A stretch of 64,000 bases of DNA from the NCBI RefSeq assembly GCF_018977255.1, contig NW_024704743.1:88910001-88974000 (forward strand), given 5' to 3'. The notes beneath the pieces are model-generated. The model was not told the origin of the DNA. It ran no database searches and saw only the letters and a program-made list of their open reading frames with translations. The DNA is from Callorhinchus milii. Taxonomy: Eukaryota. Positions 62,761 to 64,000 of the stretch are shown piece after piece. Position numbers and translations under genes: made by a program. Within the stretch, counting starts at the first letter, position 1, and each line of letters starts with the position of its first letter.

Positions 62761-63679
62761 AAGAAAACCCATAGTTGCTGCTTCCCCCTAGATAAAACAA
62801 ACAGAAGTGCAACAATTCAAGGTTTGTTGGGCAGACTGTTTTCATAGTTTGCAATTTTCCAGACAAAATATTGCCAATGGGAAATAATGCAGATTTTTGT
62901 ATATTGTATTAGATTTTTCATTTTGTAATGAGACACATGGTAAAAGGAGAATAATATAATAAAAACTTTTACAAATCAAGAGAAGCAACTGTAAATTAAA
63001 CAAGATTTAAACACATTTACAGTTAAACATATTTACAGTCAATATGGTAAACATTTTCTAAGCATATTTTAATGTAGATAAGTAATGCAGTTTTGAGATA
63101 ATATTATTTTCCTGCTATTTGAACAAAAATAATATCCTACTAAATACTCGTTGTAGTTTGTAGGATGTATTTATGATTTCGATGTAGATTTGCAGTGATT
63201 GTATCTGCAATGTCTGTTTTTGAGTAATCTGCTTCAATCTACAGACAAAGTGTTCTGCACATTCATTTACAGTGTCTCTGTTTCTTCTACTCAATTTACA
63301 AATGTATAAAAATATAAATATAGAGACAAGACACAACTAAATCCTCATCAACAGAATTGTGCAAATACCCCTTGCTTGCTCCTCATATTTCTTTATTTCA
63401 CAGACTGCTTATACAGTATTGTAGCAACACAACTTGATACCTGTTCTTTGCTTTCACTTGGAGACAGGATTCTTCCAGCTCTGCTCCTGTTAACCCTGTA
63501 ATCAAAGTCCTAACAGGTAGAATGGGGTAGTCTTAGCTGGACAAGCAATGGGAAGCTTGCCAGAACGTGCTCTCAAAGGCAAGCCATATGGTTTAGCTGG
63601 TTAAATTCCAACTCCAGGTATCCCAATGTACACTTCTCAAATCTTGGCTCTTGTCACTTGCACCTAATACTGTCTGAGG

Positions 63680-63995
63680 GGAACACAGCAGTCAATTTGC
63701 ACACAACGAAATCTCACAAATTGCTAGATACTGAATGGTCAGTTTTATCTGGAGGACTGTTGGCCAGGACACCAGAAGAAACTTTCTTCTCTTTCTGAAT
63801 AGTTCTATGGGATCTTTAACATCTGCATAGGCAGAATGGATCTTGGTTTAAGGTCTCATTGTAGGACACTATCTCCGACAACGCAACAATGCATTGCTTT
63901 TGTATAACAGCCAAGACTATGAACTCAACTCCTGACATAGGGATTGAATCCATCATCTTCTGACTCAGATGCAAGAGTACTACCAACTGAGTCAG
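63680..63995 (-). mobile_element. Deu-domain SINE
   Basis: ggccaggacaccagaag..atgggatctttaac..ccgacaa..ttctgactcaga. Confidence 0.78.
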
Positions 63996-64000
63996 TGTGA

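Overview
AT-rich vertebrate genomic DNA, most likely a cartilaginous fish (inferred from CR1 and L2 LINEs and Deu-type SINEs; species not determinable). It carries the conserved DECR1-NBN-OSGIN2 block. DECR1 exons 2-3 are on the minus strand. NBN/nibrin exons 5-16 are on the plus strand and splice into one open frame of 602 aa ending at 34367. The OSGIN2 coding region is on the minus strand (five coding exons, 547 aa from MPLLEE). DECR1 exon 1, the presumed bidirectional promoter and NBN exons 1-4 are absent and probably lie in the 25-N gap (7706-7730), next to a 1.2-kb C/G-run minisatellite. Introns are dense with CR1/L2 fragments, two SINE families sharing an L2-type tail, nested insertions and a probable solo LTR. 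No prokaryote-type system (CRISPR etc.) is present, and most listed ORFs are spurious or repeat-derived. The best leads are: an unclassified ~500-bp dispersed element with a strand-biased, pseudoknot-capable RNA fold; a dead duplicate of OSGIN2 exon 5; a probable frameshift extending the OSGIN2 C-terminus; a possible intronic polyadenylation site truncating the NBN ATM-binding tail; and compensatory changes in the SINE/LINE 3' stem-loop. Exon numbers and human comparisons are recalled from memory, not from a database search.
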